A stretch of DNA of 64,000 nucleotides from Phoronis australis (lineage: Eukaryota; Animalia; Phoronida): assembly GCA_002633005.1 (NCBI GenBank), contig NMRA01000388.1:1-64000 (forward strand), read 5' to 3'. The position numbers and the translations under genes are program-made. The notes under the pieces are model-generated. The model did no database searches. It worked only from the letters and a program-made list of their open reading frames with translations, and had not been told where the DNA came from. Shown one piece after another: positions 12,701 to 25,700 of the stretch. How positions within the stretch are numbered: the stretch's first letter is position 1; every line of letters starts with the position of its first letter.

Positions 12701-14218
12701 GCCGTATTGACAATTGGGTAGGCCTAACGTTTTGAGAACATTGTTTGGTTCTGTCATCTGACAAACTTTATTTATCGTTTTTAGATAACCGTCACTTCAA
12801 GAATAAATCTATTAAACGAAGCTGACGCGTTATACTATCTCCCACACTTCGTGACCCCCCTACTACTTAAGCAAGTCCAATTCCAAAAAAACAAGGGCTG
12901 ACGGGGTGGTCTTTAAACAGTCCACTGTAGTATAGATGCTTAGAAACAAGAACTATAGTTTTTGTTACTTACTTGAGCAGTGTCAGTTAAAGGTGATGAC
13001 TAGAAGTTGGGTAGGTGAAATTGGTTGCAACCGGGAGGGGGATTTCCCCTCGCCCAAAAATATTCTCTAGAAGGCACAGGAACCTGTCGCCTCAGGTAAG
13101 CAACAGCCCTGTCTGGAGACTTGCAGGCTTAGCTGTGTGACATGCCGGCATCTCATTTGACTCAGTATTTATTTTCACCTGTACAGGAGAGAATGGTCCA
13201 AGCTATGGAAGATTATCCAGAATCCTGTGCCGTTCTGGTGAGGCGACATGGTGTATATGTGTGGGGTGACACATGGGAAAAGGCAAAAACAATGTAAGCT
13301 TCTATGTTGTCATTTTTGTACGCTTTGGGCTATTTAATGGTGAATCGAATTTGTTATATTTCAATATTAGATCCATCTCTTAAAACAATAGTGTGATTTT
13401 GAATATCGTGCTATTGACTAACTCAACATATTGACAGTATGGCCATGTTTTGTCAGACTCGTGTTATAAAGCTTGGTGACCAAAGAAAAGTTTTTATTGG
13501 TTCTGGGCTGTTTTTTTGAAAATTGGTCGAGTACTTTTAGTTGTTCATATTTCCAAAACGAAAAATTTGCCTGTCAACTGAAATGCATTCTTTAAGTTCT
13601 GTTATCCTCTGGTGATCACATTGTAGCTGAAATGGGTAATGGGATTCTAGTGAGGGGCATATTTCAAAATGAGTGTGGTGCAGACTTGAACCAATTAGCT
13701 ATTTGTTGGCCTCATTAAGTTTTAATGAAAGAAGACCTGAAAACAATTGTTTAAACAAACACAGCATTGGGGGTAGAAATACACAGTAGACAAACAATGC
13801 CCCGGGGTACACTTCTACTGAAGAATGCCACCAAGATGCCATCTCCAGGGCCTCTTAGATTTGCCAGTGTTCACTACAGACCATTTAGGGCCAGGCTGCT
13901 GAAGAAGGTCACTTTTTGAGTGAGGAGACTTATGCTGAGATGCCAATTGATCTTGTCAAACTATGTCAAAATGTCTAGAAAAACACTTCAGTGGTGTCAC
14001 TTCAGTTGCTGTAGACGCTCAGACATTCTCCATTCAGCAAAATGCTCATGACCTGTATGATAAGTAGTGAGTTGTCAAGTGGGACAATATACAAGCTATT
14101 TTGTTGTTTTTATAGGTGTGAATGTTACGATTACTTGTTTGACATTGCGGTGCAAATGAAGAGGGCTGGTCTAGATCCGGATGCGTCGCCCACTTATCCT
14201 AAGGGTGCCTACATGTAG
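751..14218 (+). CDS. APIP: Methylthioribulose-1-phosphate dehydratase (APAF1-interacting protein, MtnB; methionine salvage), spliced gene, ~237 aa
   Basis: join(751..795,1445..1539,3408..3574,8475..8597,10533..10606,13187..13293,14116..14218); all introns GT-AG with compatible phases, 714 nt. Hallmark motifs: [77 protein letters not shown]. Confidence 0.95.
1445..1539 (+). CDS. APIP: APIP exon 2
   Basis: ttacag|[32 protein letters not shown]|gtaaga. Confidence 0.93.
3408..3574 (+). CDS. APIP: APIP exon 3
   Basis: ttgtag|[55 protein letters not shown]|gtaagc. Confidence 0.95.
4728..4980. repeat. Minisatellite, 23-bp unit (cgatagactcgttacataccatt), ~11 copies
   Basis: Head-to-tail copies with scattered substitutions and no unique spacers. 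Confidence 0.9.
5036..5137. repeat. Minisatellite, 32-bp unit (tgttggattaaacttgacaaacaagcctatta), ~3 copies
   Basis: Direct tandem copies at 5036, 5068, 5100 and a partial copy at 5132. Confidence 0.88.
6248..6927 (+). mobile_element. Helentron-associated non-autonomous element (HINE/DINE-1-like), copy 1 (interrupted by the N join at 6638)
   Basis: 5' TTTTATGCGCCCACATATTTATATGTGGACGCA hairpin, GTCC-type microsatellite, internal repeats, 3' subterminal TGTGGGCGCA plus the short hairpin CAACGC-tct-GCGTTG, ending CTCTTGTT in a T-rich site. Confidence 0.75.
8475..8597 (+). CDS. APIP: APIP exon 4
   Basis: ttccag|[41 protein letters not shown]|gtatgg; contains the HTHS metal-binding motif of class II aldolase-fold enzymes. 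Confidence 0.95.
8773..9587 (+). mobile_element. HINE/DINE-1-like element, copy 2
   Basis: Same 5' hairpin, internal repeat units and 3' TGTGGGCGC...CTCTTGTT end as copy 1. Confidence 0.8.
10533..10606 (+). CDS. APIP: APIP exon 5
   Basis: ttccag|[25 protein letters not shown]|gtttgt. Confidence 0.92.
13187..13293 (+). CDS. APIP: APIP exon 6
   Basis: gtacag|[36 protein letters not shown]|gtaagc. Confidence 0.95.
14116..14218 (+). CDS. APIP: APIP exon 7 (last coding exon)
   Basis: ttatag|[36 protein letters not shown] at 14216-14218. Confidence 0.93.
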
Positions 14219-15213
14219 TAAGCAGAAGACTATGGACGTTGGTGCTCGTCTGGTTGTTGCTTGCTTCAATTTGCTTTGAGTTTGTCATAATCACATTGAA
14301 TTCTTCAAGCGAGATCACTTTTTAATTACGGTACTCTTTAATTTCAGACAAAAGTACTTGCCAAAAATGTCCTTTTTTCATTTTCAGGGGCTTCCGCCAT
14401 TGTTGTGAGTCCTATTCTTTGATTTTGTGCTGCTTATGTTTCAGGAAAAATGGCGAAACAAAATTTTGCTCGGTGGCCATATTGTGTCCTCAATTGGTGA
14501 GATTTTACTTTTTTGGTTATGTTAGAAATTCTAAAATTTGGAATACAAGTGTCACTGTTCTGTGTTTAGGTGCTTCACTGCACTGCTACAGTTTTACTAA
14601 ATGCTGCTTGATGCCCACTGCTCAGTAGTGTATTATATTCTTTGTAAGTAGGCCACCGGCTCCTAGTACAAAAATGGAATTGAACACAAATTATGTAGAA
14701 ACCTTGATAAAAACAAAAGTTACCTAATTTTTCTTTACTGAAATCTGACAAAATGAAATTTCTGTTGTCCTCCATCCCATGTCGTAAACTGCAGTATTGT
14801 TACCATAAGTATGAGGTGTTCAATTTTTAATAATGGAAGGTTATAAGTACCTTGTGGGACATTACAACAGGAACACTACTATAGACTTGATTGAAAGCAA
14901 CAAGTACCGTAATTCTTTCTAATTCTAATTTTTCAAAGGCTGATAACTTCGCTACAAATAGTGAAACCTTACCAAATGTGTTATTACACCTACGCAGTAG
15001 GACTAAAATTTTACTAATCTTCATTTTTGTGATGAAATTTGACTGAATTAGAATTTCACTTGTTGGCGTAATTTGTGTTAAACACAAGACTTACCGTAAA
15101 AGGTAATTTCCTATACTGCAATAGACAGGTTTACAAGGTTATCTCCCTTGTGAGTTTGAAATTCTTGATAGAAGGCGTTGACAATTGTCAGCCATTTTAC
15201 AGTTACTGTCGAT

Positions 15214-15531
15214 AACAGATTAAGTTTGAATCTAATACTGGAATGAAAACTTACAAAAATTAGCGACGTTGTGTCCGCATCTCACGGACTTCAGCTTGGT
15301 TTGTGAGGTTATCATTATTCTAGCCAATTGGTGGCGTTTTGGCTAAACTGTGCGGCATTGACGACAGTACACCATCCCATACGTCAATGCCGCGCCGTTT
15401 AGCCAAAACGCCACCAATTGGTCAGAATAACGATAACGTCACAAGCCAAGCTGAAGTCCGTGAGATGCGGACCCAACGTCGTTAATTTTTGTAAGTTTTT
15501 ATTCTAGTATTAGACTCAAACTTGATCGGTT
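15214..15531. repeat. Long inverted repeat (foldback/MITE-like), ~150-bp arms with an 18-nt loop
   Basis: 15214-15363 is the reverse complement of 15382-15531 with scattered mismatches (e.g. ccaattggtggcgttttggctaaac / gtttagccaaaacgccaccaattgg). Confidence 0.93.
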
Positions 15532-16323
15532 TTCTTAACTGGATGTCTCAAAATTTTCATGCTTACTGTAGTAACTTTCATCATTTCTTATAAGTCCAGT
15601 TGAAAAGTATCAGTTAATTTCATCGAAAACTTGAATATGCACAACGCCGCTTAGTGATCGCTTGTTTAGTTTCTTTAAATTAGACTAAGGGCCAGTTTTG
15701 TCAAACCACAAACCTAGTCATAGCCAAGTGACATGTACTTTGTTTTGAATTTCATTCTGGCAATATTTTAAGCGCATTTGTCCTGACTATGAGTGAACTT
15801 TATGATTTTTAAAAAAATTGATCTCTGTCAGTTAAAACTATGATGTGTAATGTGAATTCTAGTCTGTCAACTCAAAGTTTGTGCGAATATTTGTACCTCT
15901 TGATAAAGTCATATTAATTTTATTGCCAGTCTGTTGTCAGGTAATGTTGTCTGGACTGCTCAAGACTGTCACTTGTCTCTGCTATTCAATCCGTTGTGGA
16001 CCACTAAGTGTAGAGGTCAAAAGTTTAAACTGTAAGGTCACTGAGGTGACTTAAAACAATGTGACGACAGATCAAAATACAGAATGTCAAAAATGTCCAG
16101 GTTTTACAAATCAAAGCCATATCACAACATTTGGTGTAATACTGAATGCATTTGTTAAATCTTATCAATAGATTTTCAGTTTTTACATTTTTAGGCTTAC
16201 AAATGAGCAACTTTGATGTCTGTTGTTATAAAATTTGTTTCATTCCAGTGTTAAATGAGCTCAACAATTTTACTTTGCCAAGGACAACTTTCTTTATCTG
16301 GTGTAGATTTCAAATGGAAATGC

Positions 16324-16329
16324 AATAAA
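16324..16329 (+). terminator. Candidate APIP polyadenylation signal
   Basis: AATAAA followed by T-rich sequence, ~2.1 kb after the stop; not verified. Confidence 0.35.
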
Positions 16330-17243
16330 TTATTTTGAATATTCAAAACCTTTCAGTTTTTACCTGAAACTCATTTGTTAAGGGTATAATTTAAGGTACA
16401 CTTTATAAATAAAAAATAATGAATTGTCAGATAGAACGAATTATACCAACCATGCCATGCTTGCGGCAGCTCAGTTTGTGTTAGTGCAACATTTCAAGGC
16501 TATGCATTGGTTAAAGCTGCAGTTGTCCAATTTAGCTGGCTAAAAAACAATAACTTCCCACACAATCGGTCTTGTAATATTGCTCGCTGTGAAAGGATAC
16601 TATTTCCATTATCAAAACAAGAACATTGAAACCATCGGCCACTCAAAAACCACTTCAGATTTTATTGAGGTTTGCCAACCCTAAAATTTGCGAATTCGTA
16701 AATGCCACTTGTACGCATTACCTATGAGTTGAATTGCTTAATAGTCAAATCGACTATAATTCCAGATCGAATGAACATTGAAATGTTTTAAACCCCAAAG
16801 AGGTTAGGTTGTGAAACAACATTGACCACTTAACAGAGCAATATGCAGCTTCAACTCACATTCAAACCCACTTCTCCATTCACAGCAGAAGCAAGTAAAA
16901 TGTACTAATTAAACTAAATCTAATTTGAAACACTCAGAGACTTTGTTTATCAAACAATAAATGTGCTTACATACTCTTATGGGGGATCATGTAGCAAGTT
17001 GTTTGGAATGTTTTTAACGGGTTTGGCGTCGTGCAAAACCACACACAATCACGCAAAAGGCGAATGTTTTGTGAGTAAGCTCAGAATGTTAGTCATGTAA
17101 CACTGGCAAAATGTCAGCTACTGAAATGACTGGTCAGCGAGGTTGGAATGTTGAATGAGATAGATTTCAGCGTTGCCATTCCATAAGCAAATTTTTCTCC
17201 TCGCTTGCATTTATGGAATGCACCTCTCACCGATTTACTGTTA

Positions 17244-17658
17244 GGGAGCATTCATTGTTAAGTAATCACTCAAGGGGAGGAGGGCGTTTGAAAAAGGCGA
17301 CGATTTATGATGGGGGAGGGGTGGTTCGACTCATGGTCATGTCATCCCAGTGTGTTCCTTAGAATATCTCCGTCACGGTATGATTTGATACTTGAAATAG
17401 TGTACTTGTCTGTTTAATTATTTCATTGCAATTGTTTCACCATTAGCAAATGCAGCTTACAAAAAAGACATTAGTTTGTCAGTAGAATTACAAAGATGAA
17501 ATCTCCAAGGAACTGTCGGTTCTTCCTAAAACAGGGATTGACTGTGATGGCGTAATTAAGGCTGGACAGGGGGGTCATATCATGATGACGCTCGATGACA
17601 AACGGGGAAGGCTGTAAAAAGTGGCAAATTTTGGATGACATAATATGTGAACTCTCCC
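17244..17658. mobile_element. PIF/Harbinger-like MITE
   Basis: Imperfect TIRs GGGAGCATTCA / TGAACTCTCCC, TTA on both flanks (3-bp TSD), G-rich subterminal tracts. Confidence 0.65.
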
Positions 17659-17772
17659 TTACAAAAATGTGACCACCACAGAAAGTGTTCCTGTTAGCTG
17701 TGTTCTTGCAATGTTAAAAATACTATTGTCCTGTTGTATCAAAACAATGAACATTTGATAATTTATGTAGAG

Positions 17773-17778
17773 TTTATT
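17773..17778 (-). terminator. Candidate polyadenylation signal for the distal SCUBE last exon
   Basis: TTTATT on + (AATAAA on -), ~1.8 kb past the 19568 stop; not verified. Confidence 0.35.
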
Positions 17779-19567
17779 ACAGGTCAATTATACTGACTAA
17801 AGTCACTTCAAATATACGCAGGCCATATTTCAATATTCCACGTGATAACATGTAATAGTGTTATTTTCATATTGTATTTAACTATCTAGTGTTATTTTCA
17901 TATAGTATTTCATTATCTACTGCTTGACAGTTATTTTAACTTAAAATAATCATCGCAGGTTAAGATGTAAAGTTGTCAAGACATAAACAAATGATCATCC
18001 ACCAAGAATCTGTTAGTGTCATTAAAACATAAAAGAGACAATAAACACATCTAGAGACGAAAATCAAATCTAAAATACAAAAACATGTTAAATTTTCTGC
18101 AACAGTGAAAGACCCAGTCACTTGTAAATGCTCCTTCTCATACGCTATTCACGCTAAGAATTACAGTCTCAAAACATTACGCACTCTGCCAAGTTTCCTC
18201 CGAATTGTGTACGTGGACACGGATCTCCTTTGACCTCCCAAACGTTTTCCAAGTGTAGGAAGGATTTCTCGGATTCAGCTTTCATGTTTTCTCACAAAAT
18301 GGTCAAGTGTCCTTGGATTGCATCTCAATGTGAATGTGTGACTGGGCTTCAATTAACTGCCATAAATCTTGTAACAGTTCTGAACTAAGGTTATGTGGGA
18401 CTTTATCTGGCAAGTTTGTGCATTTAGCAAAATGTCAACAAAACTATAGAATCTAAAATATAGATTTTCTAAAGTAGAAAACCTGAAGAATTGGATTTTT
18501 CACTTAATATCAATTTGCTGTTAATTGGGTCATGTGATATATCTGTAAATTAAATTTAAAAAAGAAATGTATATCCGCAATAAAACAATGGTATCAATAA
18601 AATGACCAAATTTATTTTGAGATAAATATTAAGTGAAATGTCAAAAATGTTAGTTTGTTTAAAGTGTTGTTTGATTTTGTTTTACATATCCAACTTTTGA
18701 TTCATATCTTTTGATACCGCTCATGCAAAAATGTAACATTTTGATTCCTTACAGTGCATAAAGAACAGTATCAGAAAGTGTCATTTGAATCTGATCTGCC
18801 ACTTCTGAGATATGATGTTTTCAACAAATTGGATACTTTTCTAGAGTCTCGTAAAACTTTAAGCATGTGTCAAGTCATTGATGTAACACGGAGAACATGT
18901 TTATGAATCATTCATTTAAACTTGCTACTTTACTAAAATTAAGCTAAAGCGTTGTTTGTTACTGAAAAGATCACCAAGACTTAATACTTTAACAGGCTTC
19001 AAGCGACATATAAGTACAGCCACAACTATCAAGCAATCCAACTCTGGTAGTTGGCCCAGAGCAATGCATAGCCAAACATGCAAGTGTATTCGTTTTCGAT
19101 TATTCAACTAAAGTTGCCGACGTATTAAGGTGCATGATGGATCTCTTCAGTATTAACAATCCCATAATACATTGCTCCATCTTTCACACTTAAATATTGA
19201 TTGGGTTTTAAATCAACTTCTAGTAGAAGCAGCTACTTACGTGCTCATGTGACAATCACATGACTTAAAGCATGGCTATGACTGGTCCATTGAAAAACGA
19301 AACAAATTGGATTCTATATTCAACCACTCTATCAATGCCCGAGTGTAGTGCTTCACGAAACACATAGTACTAAGTGATAGCTCAACACGAGTGACCATAC
19401 GACATGATTTCTATGTAAGCAAATAAATGTTAGATGCCTCTATCAACATTTAAAGGACACAATAACAAATCCACTCGCACAAGTAGCATAACTAAAAAAC
19501 TTGGAAAGATGGACCAATGTACACGGGACAACACTTGTGTCAATTACTAGAGAGATCCTACTCCCAA

Positions 19568-19708
19568 TTACGAGAAAAATCGTTGCACTTTTGACGTTAG
19601 CAGGCGTATGAACGATGACGGGAACATGGAGCCTGATACGTCGGCGTACTTGAGGTAATTATAGGGAGTGGCAATGACTTCCAACAGAGCTGCAAGCAAC
19701 TCGCGGTC
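19568..19708 (-). CDS. SCUBE: SCUBE alternative last exon T3 (most similar to the canonical SCUBE C-terminus)
   Basis: attttcag|[46 protein letters not shown]. Confidence 0.9.
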   Translation of the reverse strand, partial: DRELLAALLEVIATPYNYLKYADVSGSMFPSSFIRLLTSKVQRFFS

Positions 19709-22700
19709 CTGAAAATAGATTAAGAATTGGTCAGAAAAGGAGGGAATATAAAGGCAGGGAGAACCGTATGGCACTGGCACCACCAAAATTGCCACTCTGA
19801 CCACAAAGCTCATCCCTAGGACCAGTGAACCTTTAGCGTCTTAGATCTGAGTGAATCACTGTCTTGCACGTCAGCTTAGCAGCTACTAACTTGTCTCAAG
19901 AGACCATCTTTTCTTGTTGTGTCGGAGTACCTTGGTCACAACTTACTTTCATACAATCGGCATGTTGTTTCTCAGAACTTAGAACTATAAGATCACAGCC
20001 TGATTAAGTTTTCTTTCTCCCAAACACCAATTCCTGGTTAACAGGTAGCACGTGATATGTAACCTTACACCTTAACCATTCCTTTAACAGTATAACACAA
20101 TTGTGACAGGTACTGAATTTTATTTGGCTCAGTTTTCACATCTTTCATCAAGTTGCGTTGTTGATGAGAAATATTGCAATTTCGGGCAACTTGGTTAGGT
20201 AAACATACTCATAATCAAGAACAAAGTACAAAATGACACAAAGACATCTGAGTGAACGTACATATAAAACTTTATTTCATAATACTTCAATTGCACGTGA
20301 TAAACTGAACACTTGTATATTTACAACGACTACGTCAGCAACATAATGTTTAGAGTCCCGTCGACACACATAGTTCCTACTCGTGAAAACAACTAGCAAT
20401 TATGACAAGTGACTATGTCATTTTAAAGTGCACAAGCACTCACAATCAGAAATATCTAATGTTAAGTACATAACTACCAGTTTCAACAGATTACAGAGTC
20501 AAATAACTGCCCACAGCTAATATCAGCTCATTACGGTGTTTTCCCGTTGCTCCCAACTTGTTTGATTCTATAGCCCAACAACAAGTTGGGAAGATGACCC
20601 ATGTAGCCAATATCTTACACGACTGATTAACTCCATTTGGACATTTATGGTTGGAGGGCCAGCTCCCTTTTGTTCAATAATTGCTCTTATTTCCAATAAG
20701 ATCAAATCTAGCCTGACTGGGCTGTGCTGTTAAAAATAAAAGTTAAGTTATAACATATCTGAACATAAACCAATAGCATTTCTGAATTCGTCAAAAGCGG
20801 ATCATGTTTAGTTTTTGAATGGCAAAATCGCCCAACTACAACCTAAGTTACAACAATCAATTCTTTCCGAACCTACCAATTTGCTCTGGGTTTGACCGAG
20901 TTCACACATGGTCTATAATAAGCCTGGTAGATAATTGGCCTGCCTGTTGTCATACCAGGCAAAAGACTGTGCTTGGCAGTTAACAAAGGAGCTATCTGAT
21001 GTTATCACACCCTCACAACCCTCTAGGTCTGGTAAAGTCAGTGACCGGGAGAACACCGTAATGTTACAGTTGGATGGAAACAATGGCTCAACGGCCTTGA
21101 AGTCCTAATATTGCGTGTAAGACAGTATACAAGTGTAAAAATTCCAAGTAAAAAACATTAAAGCATTTAATAAACCTGTTTATACTACATGTACGTATGT
21201 ATAACTATATTAACNATGTTTAGTTTTTGAATGGCAAAATCGCCCAACTACAACCTAAGTTACAACAATCAATTCTTTCCGAACCTACCAATTTGCTCTG
21301 GGTTTGACGAGTTCACACATGGTCTATAATAAGCCTGGTAGATAATTGGCCTGCCTGTTGTCATACCAGGCAAAAGACTGTGCTTGGCAGTTAACAAAGG
21401 AGCTATCTGATGTTATCACACCCTCACAACCCTCTAGGTCTGGTAAAGTCAGTGACCGGGAGAACACCGTAATGTTACAGTTGGATGGAAACAATGGCTC
21501 AACAGCCTTGAAGTCCTAATATTGCGTGTAAGACAGTATACAAGTGTAAAAATTCCAAGTAAAAACATTAAAGCATTTAATAAACCTGTTTATACTACAT
21601 ATACGTATGTATGACTATATTAACTTAATCTGCGTGTCACTGGATTCTTAGAAGGGACTGATGATTAGGAAAAAAGCGGACAATAAATTCTCTGTAAGAG
21701 CCTAACATAATTGTACTTTAAACAAATGTAAATCAACCATCCATCAAAAATTTTTTTGTTTTATGCCACCTACCATTTGAAAAGTGGTCTGAACTCTAAT
21801 GCTTACAAAGCTTGCAAAGAACTGACAGCACACTGCTCGAAAAGTATGCTTAATATTCTATATCAGTGTGACTGGCCAAATAGGCTGATATCGAGGCCAA
21901 GCACTATTGAGACTAAGCACTCATTTGCCACCAGGATGCTTTTGGTGCATAAAATGCATTGGCGCAACAAGCCAAGTTATTTGGCCTGCTTTTGAGGAAT
22001 AATGAATTTGTCCGTTATTCTTCAACCAGAAAATCACTACCAACTCAGCACAACTAATAAGTTGATGTAATGAACTATATAGCTTACCAGCATTACCAGA
22101 GATCAAACGTCTTATATAGCATTTTAAGTATTAATTTTAGACAGCCATATAGAACTTTATATTTGTAAGATCGTTTGACTTTTTACAGAGATTGCCTAAT
22201 TTCCAATAACATAATTTTTTTCACTTGATACTTGCAACTTCCATTTTTTATTCATAAGCAACTTTATTCCTTAGCTACAAACGTGTGTCTGGGATTTTCT
22301 TTCAAGGCCTTTCAGCCCGAGAACTCCATTGTCAAACATGAAAATGTCAACATTCCTAGAAAAAATGAAAATTTGATTTTTGAAAGTTGAGCTCTCAGGA
22401 TACAAGACCTTAAAAGAAACTCCAGGCATGCTTTTGTAGCTAACAAAATAGAGAAACAGAATTTGCAAGTTTCTTGCAAACAAATTCATGTTTTTTGAAA
22501 ATGTGATGATCTCATTAAAATGGTGATTTTTGAGATAAAAAACGCAATCATATGATTTTGAACACCTGGGCATTGCTTTCATGCACATAATATTCTGTGA
22601 CCATCAAGGATTTTAAAAACAAGGCATACAGTTTTATGGGTCTCTATTACTAGTTTAAAAGTTATTAAAGAAATTTAATCTGTGCTAACAGAAAGTAGCT

Positions 22701-25700
22701 TATTGCCTTAGTGGCCAAAATGAAAAGTTTTTGATAGATGGATGTATATGGCAGCTATGATGATAGCCTAATGACAACACTAATGCACAGCTAATTCAGC
22801 TGGAAGTATCTGTTTACAATAGTTAGCATGCTCCAATGGGTCATGCTCTTAATAGTAATTAAGTTCAGCTGTCCCTTGGCCCATCTGCAGGCCTCTCCCC
22901 AGTAACACCATGAGGACAAAGGTAAACATAAGACTAGACATATTTGACTTTGCTTTATCTTCTCATCTACAAAATACAGTTGGCAGAACCCAAGACCAAC
23001 GGTGGTGATAAAAAAATCAGTAAAAGAAAACTACAGAAATTCTTGGCTTATTCCATACAAATTTTATTGATAAAACTGTCATTTTTTCAAAACTTTAAGG
23101 GGAATTGTCTTGTTGCAAATTATAGTCACTTTGCATACTGTTATTATACAACATCTAGACAACATAAACCAGCTTGAAATAAACCTTCTTGGTCTTTGTA
23201 ATTGTTAGGGGATTTGGCTAAATTAAACTTCACTTGTCCGCCATATTGTGTGCTAAACAGGTCAAGAATTACTATACAGTAGATGCATTGCTGAATCAAA
23301 CCATGGCTTCCTGCTTCCTTTTGACATGTTTTATGCAATAAAGAACTCCATGAGGTGACCAGTCATTCATTGGCAATAGAGTACACAGTTAACATGCAAA
23401 ACCGATAGATTTCAGCCAAATCACACTTAATATAAAAATACTATTACTGCGTTAAAGAATAGCTATCACTTTTTCAAATTTTCCTACTTATTACAAATAA
23501 TGACCACCTCTGCATCAAATATAGAAATCTTGAAGGTAATTTACAACATAAAACATACCAAAGCAACAATCCGGAGGGTTTCTTTATCCTAGAAAGTTCA
23601 TTTGTTGACTCCATAAAATGCAATCATAGATTGTCAGTTTCTTCAATTTAGAACACAACATGGCAAGAAAATGGGAGTTTCATTTGGTCTAATTTCTAAA
23701 CAAAAATAAATACAAATAATTTTTTTATACAGCATTACCTATGCTTATACTCTGCAGTGTAGAATACAAACCGGCATGATGTCAAGCACATGTGGCGATG
23801 GAGAGAGCCACGGTAAAAAATGAGGGGCAATCATTTTGGGTAAAATGGGGATTTTGGCAATCATTTTGGGTAAAATTGAAGAACACAATCATAAACGGAC
23901 AAAACTAAGATTCTACACTACACCAACATCCTAAGACATAATACATTAAATACACATGAGCACCAAATAACAAGGTTATGTAACACTGTAACAGAATACA
24001 CACTTTCAACAGAGCCAGCACTTTGCTTCATTTACTACCCAGCCCATCTCTTAATACCACCATCACATTCCATGAAATCAGCCAATCAGAAGGCACTGAA
24101 ATAACTTTTGCATGTGAAAGCCATCTGATGACAAGCCCAACAATAAGCCAACATATATGCCATGCAGTTGTGAGACTGTTAAATCTAATTTGCGACAAGG
24201 CTTTGATCACGAAAAGACAAGTGATCATATATGACCAGTGTGCAAAGTGGCATGGCAAATACTTTTAAGCAATGGAAATAGATAAGACACGTTTTGCAAA
24301 AACTGTCCAATTCAGGTGCTGTCTGGTTAAAATCTACTTGACTGTGAATGTGGTATTAATGACACAGACAATGCTTTTTATACATTCACAGATATTTCAA
24401 TAAAACATTTATAAACAACAGAGTAATGTCTAAACTGAGTGCACATCATCCCTATAGATGAGACCACATTGCTTGTAAAAATATCCAAACCCATAGCCAG
24501 AGGGGCTCTAGGGGCAAAGGTCCCAGTAAAAGGAAAAGATATTCCAAGAAGAGATGTGACAGCGGGTCACTCTAGAACACGTAACCAGCAAAATTGAGTA
24601 CTGGTGACCACCAGAGGGTGTGTTCAAGAGTACAAGCTGTCTGTAAATTCCAAATTACATACCTCTACTCAGTAGCTGACTACGGCCTGTCATTTGAAAG
24701 ATCTTGAAGCGCATTTGTTGGATTTTACACATCTGACATTCATCAATCTCATTTTGAAATGTTACAACTTATGAACATCATTTTCATATTTTTCACAAAT
24801 GTGGCAGAAAATTTTCCCTTCACAACCTTATAATCACAAAATCTTTTGTCTGCACCGCAACTAAATACAACAAATGCACGCTTAATTCTTCTCAAAAAAC
24901 TTATTGACTTTCGGAGAAATTAAACCAATGAATGAAGAGCCTAGTTGTTCGGATTCATTCAGATACGTGAAATACTTAATGGGTGAGGCAGTTACGTCCA
25001 GAAGTTTGGCAAGAAGTGTTCTATCCTGTAACAGAATTGGGTCAACGTGCTAATTAACCACATGTAACATCCCATGTTAATTGGCCATACCCAGTTGTTT
25101 GCTTGCACAAGCCTATTTGTGACTGGATCATGTAAAGGGTCATGGCTTCCACACACAATGTGATTGTCTCTCATTAAGTTTTGGTTCTCTTCACATGTAT
25201 ACTTGAGTTAAAAATACACTATTAGGCCAAAAAACACAATTGGTTCCAGTCTTCCTTTTTTAGAAAGTTGATGTGAGGCACTGATGCGTGAGAGGCAGTG
25301 ACTTATTGATGGCAAATCATGAGGTGACTTTGGCCGACATAGCATCTAAAACCTTGCCTACATGAATTCGAGTGACTTTGGTAAAAAACGCTTGAAACCT
25401 CAGGGTGAGCCCTCTTTTCCGAGGCTTTTTGTTAACACATTGAGCGTAGACTTCAAAATGAGTTGGGGGCAAAGGCCAGAACCAACTAAACTTTTTAAAC
25501 CTCATCCACAGCAATTCTACATGGTAACTAGGATTCTCCTAGCTTCATTTCCACTACTGTGCCAAACCATTGATTATATGAAATCATACTTAGTAGAGTC
25601 TTGTAAAAGGTCAGTTTCTCAGAGCGTCGACAACATGTAAACAAAATACATCTGTTCGAGCAGGACACATAAGTTATCAGTGCATATTCAAAACTGATGA

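Noticed and set aside
12620-12705. tRNA or tRNA-derived SINE head (GCGGGTTTGAGTCCCG, B-box-like)
   Set aside because: No cloverleaf or clear A-box could be built and there is no second copy in the window.
19568-19813. T3 as the end of a second, separate SCUBE paralog
   Set aside because: No additional CUB or penultimate-type exon was seen between 19.7 and 24.9 kb, so it is best read as an alternative last exon of the same gene.
25317-25514. ORF ending [12 protein letters not shown], superficially like the SCUBE tail
   Set aside because: No suitable acceptor and no LLA.LL.V..P..Y..Y pattern; chance resemblance.
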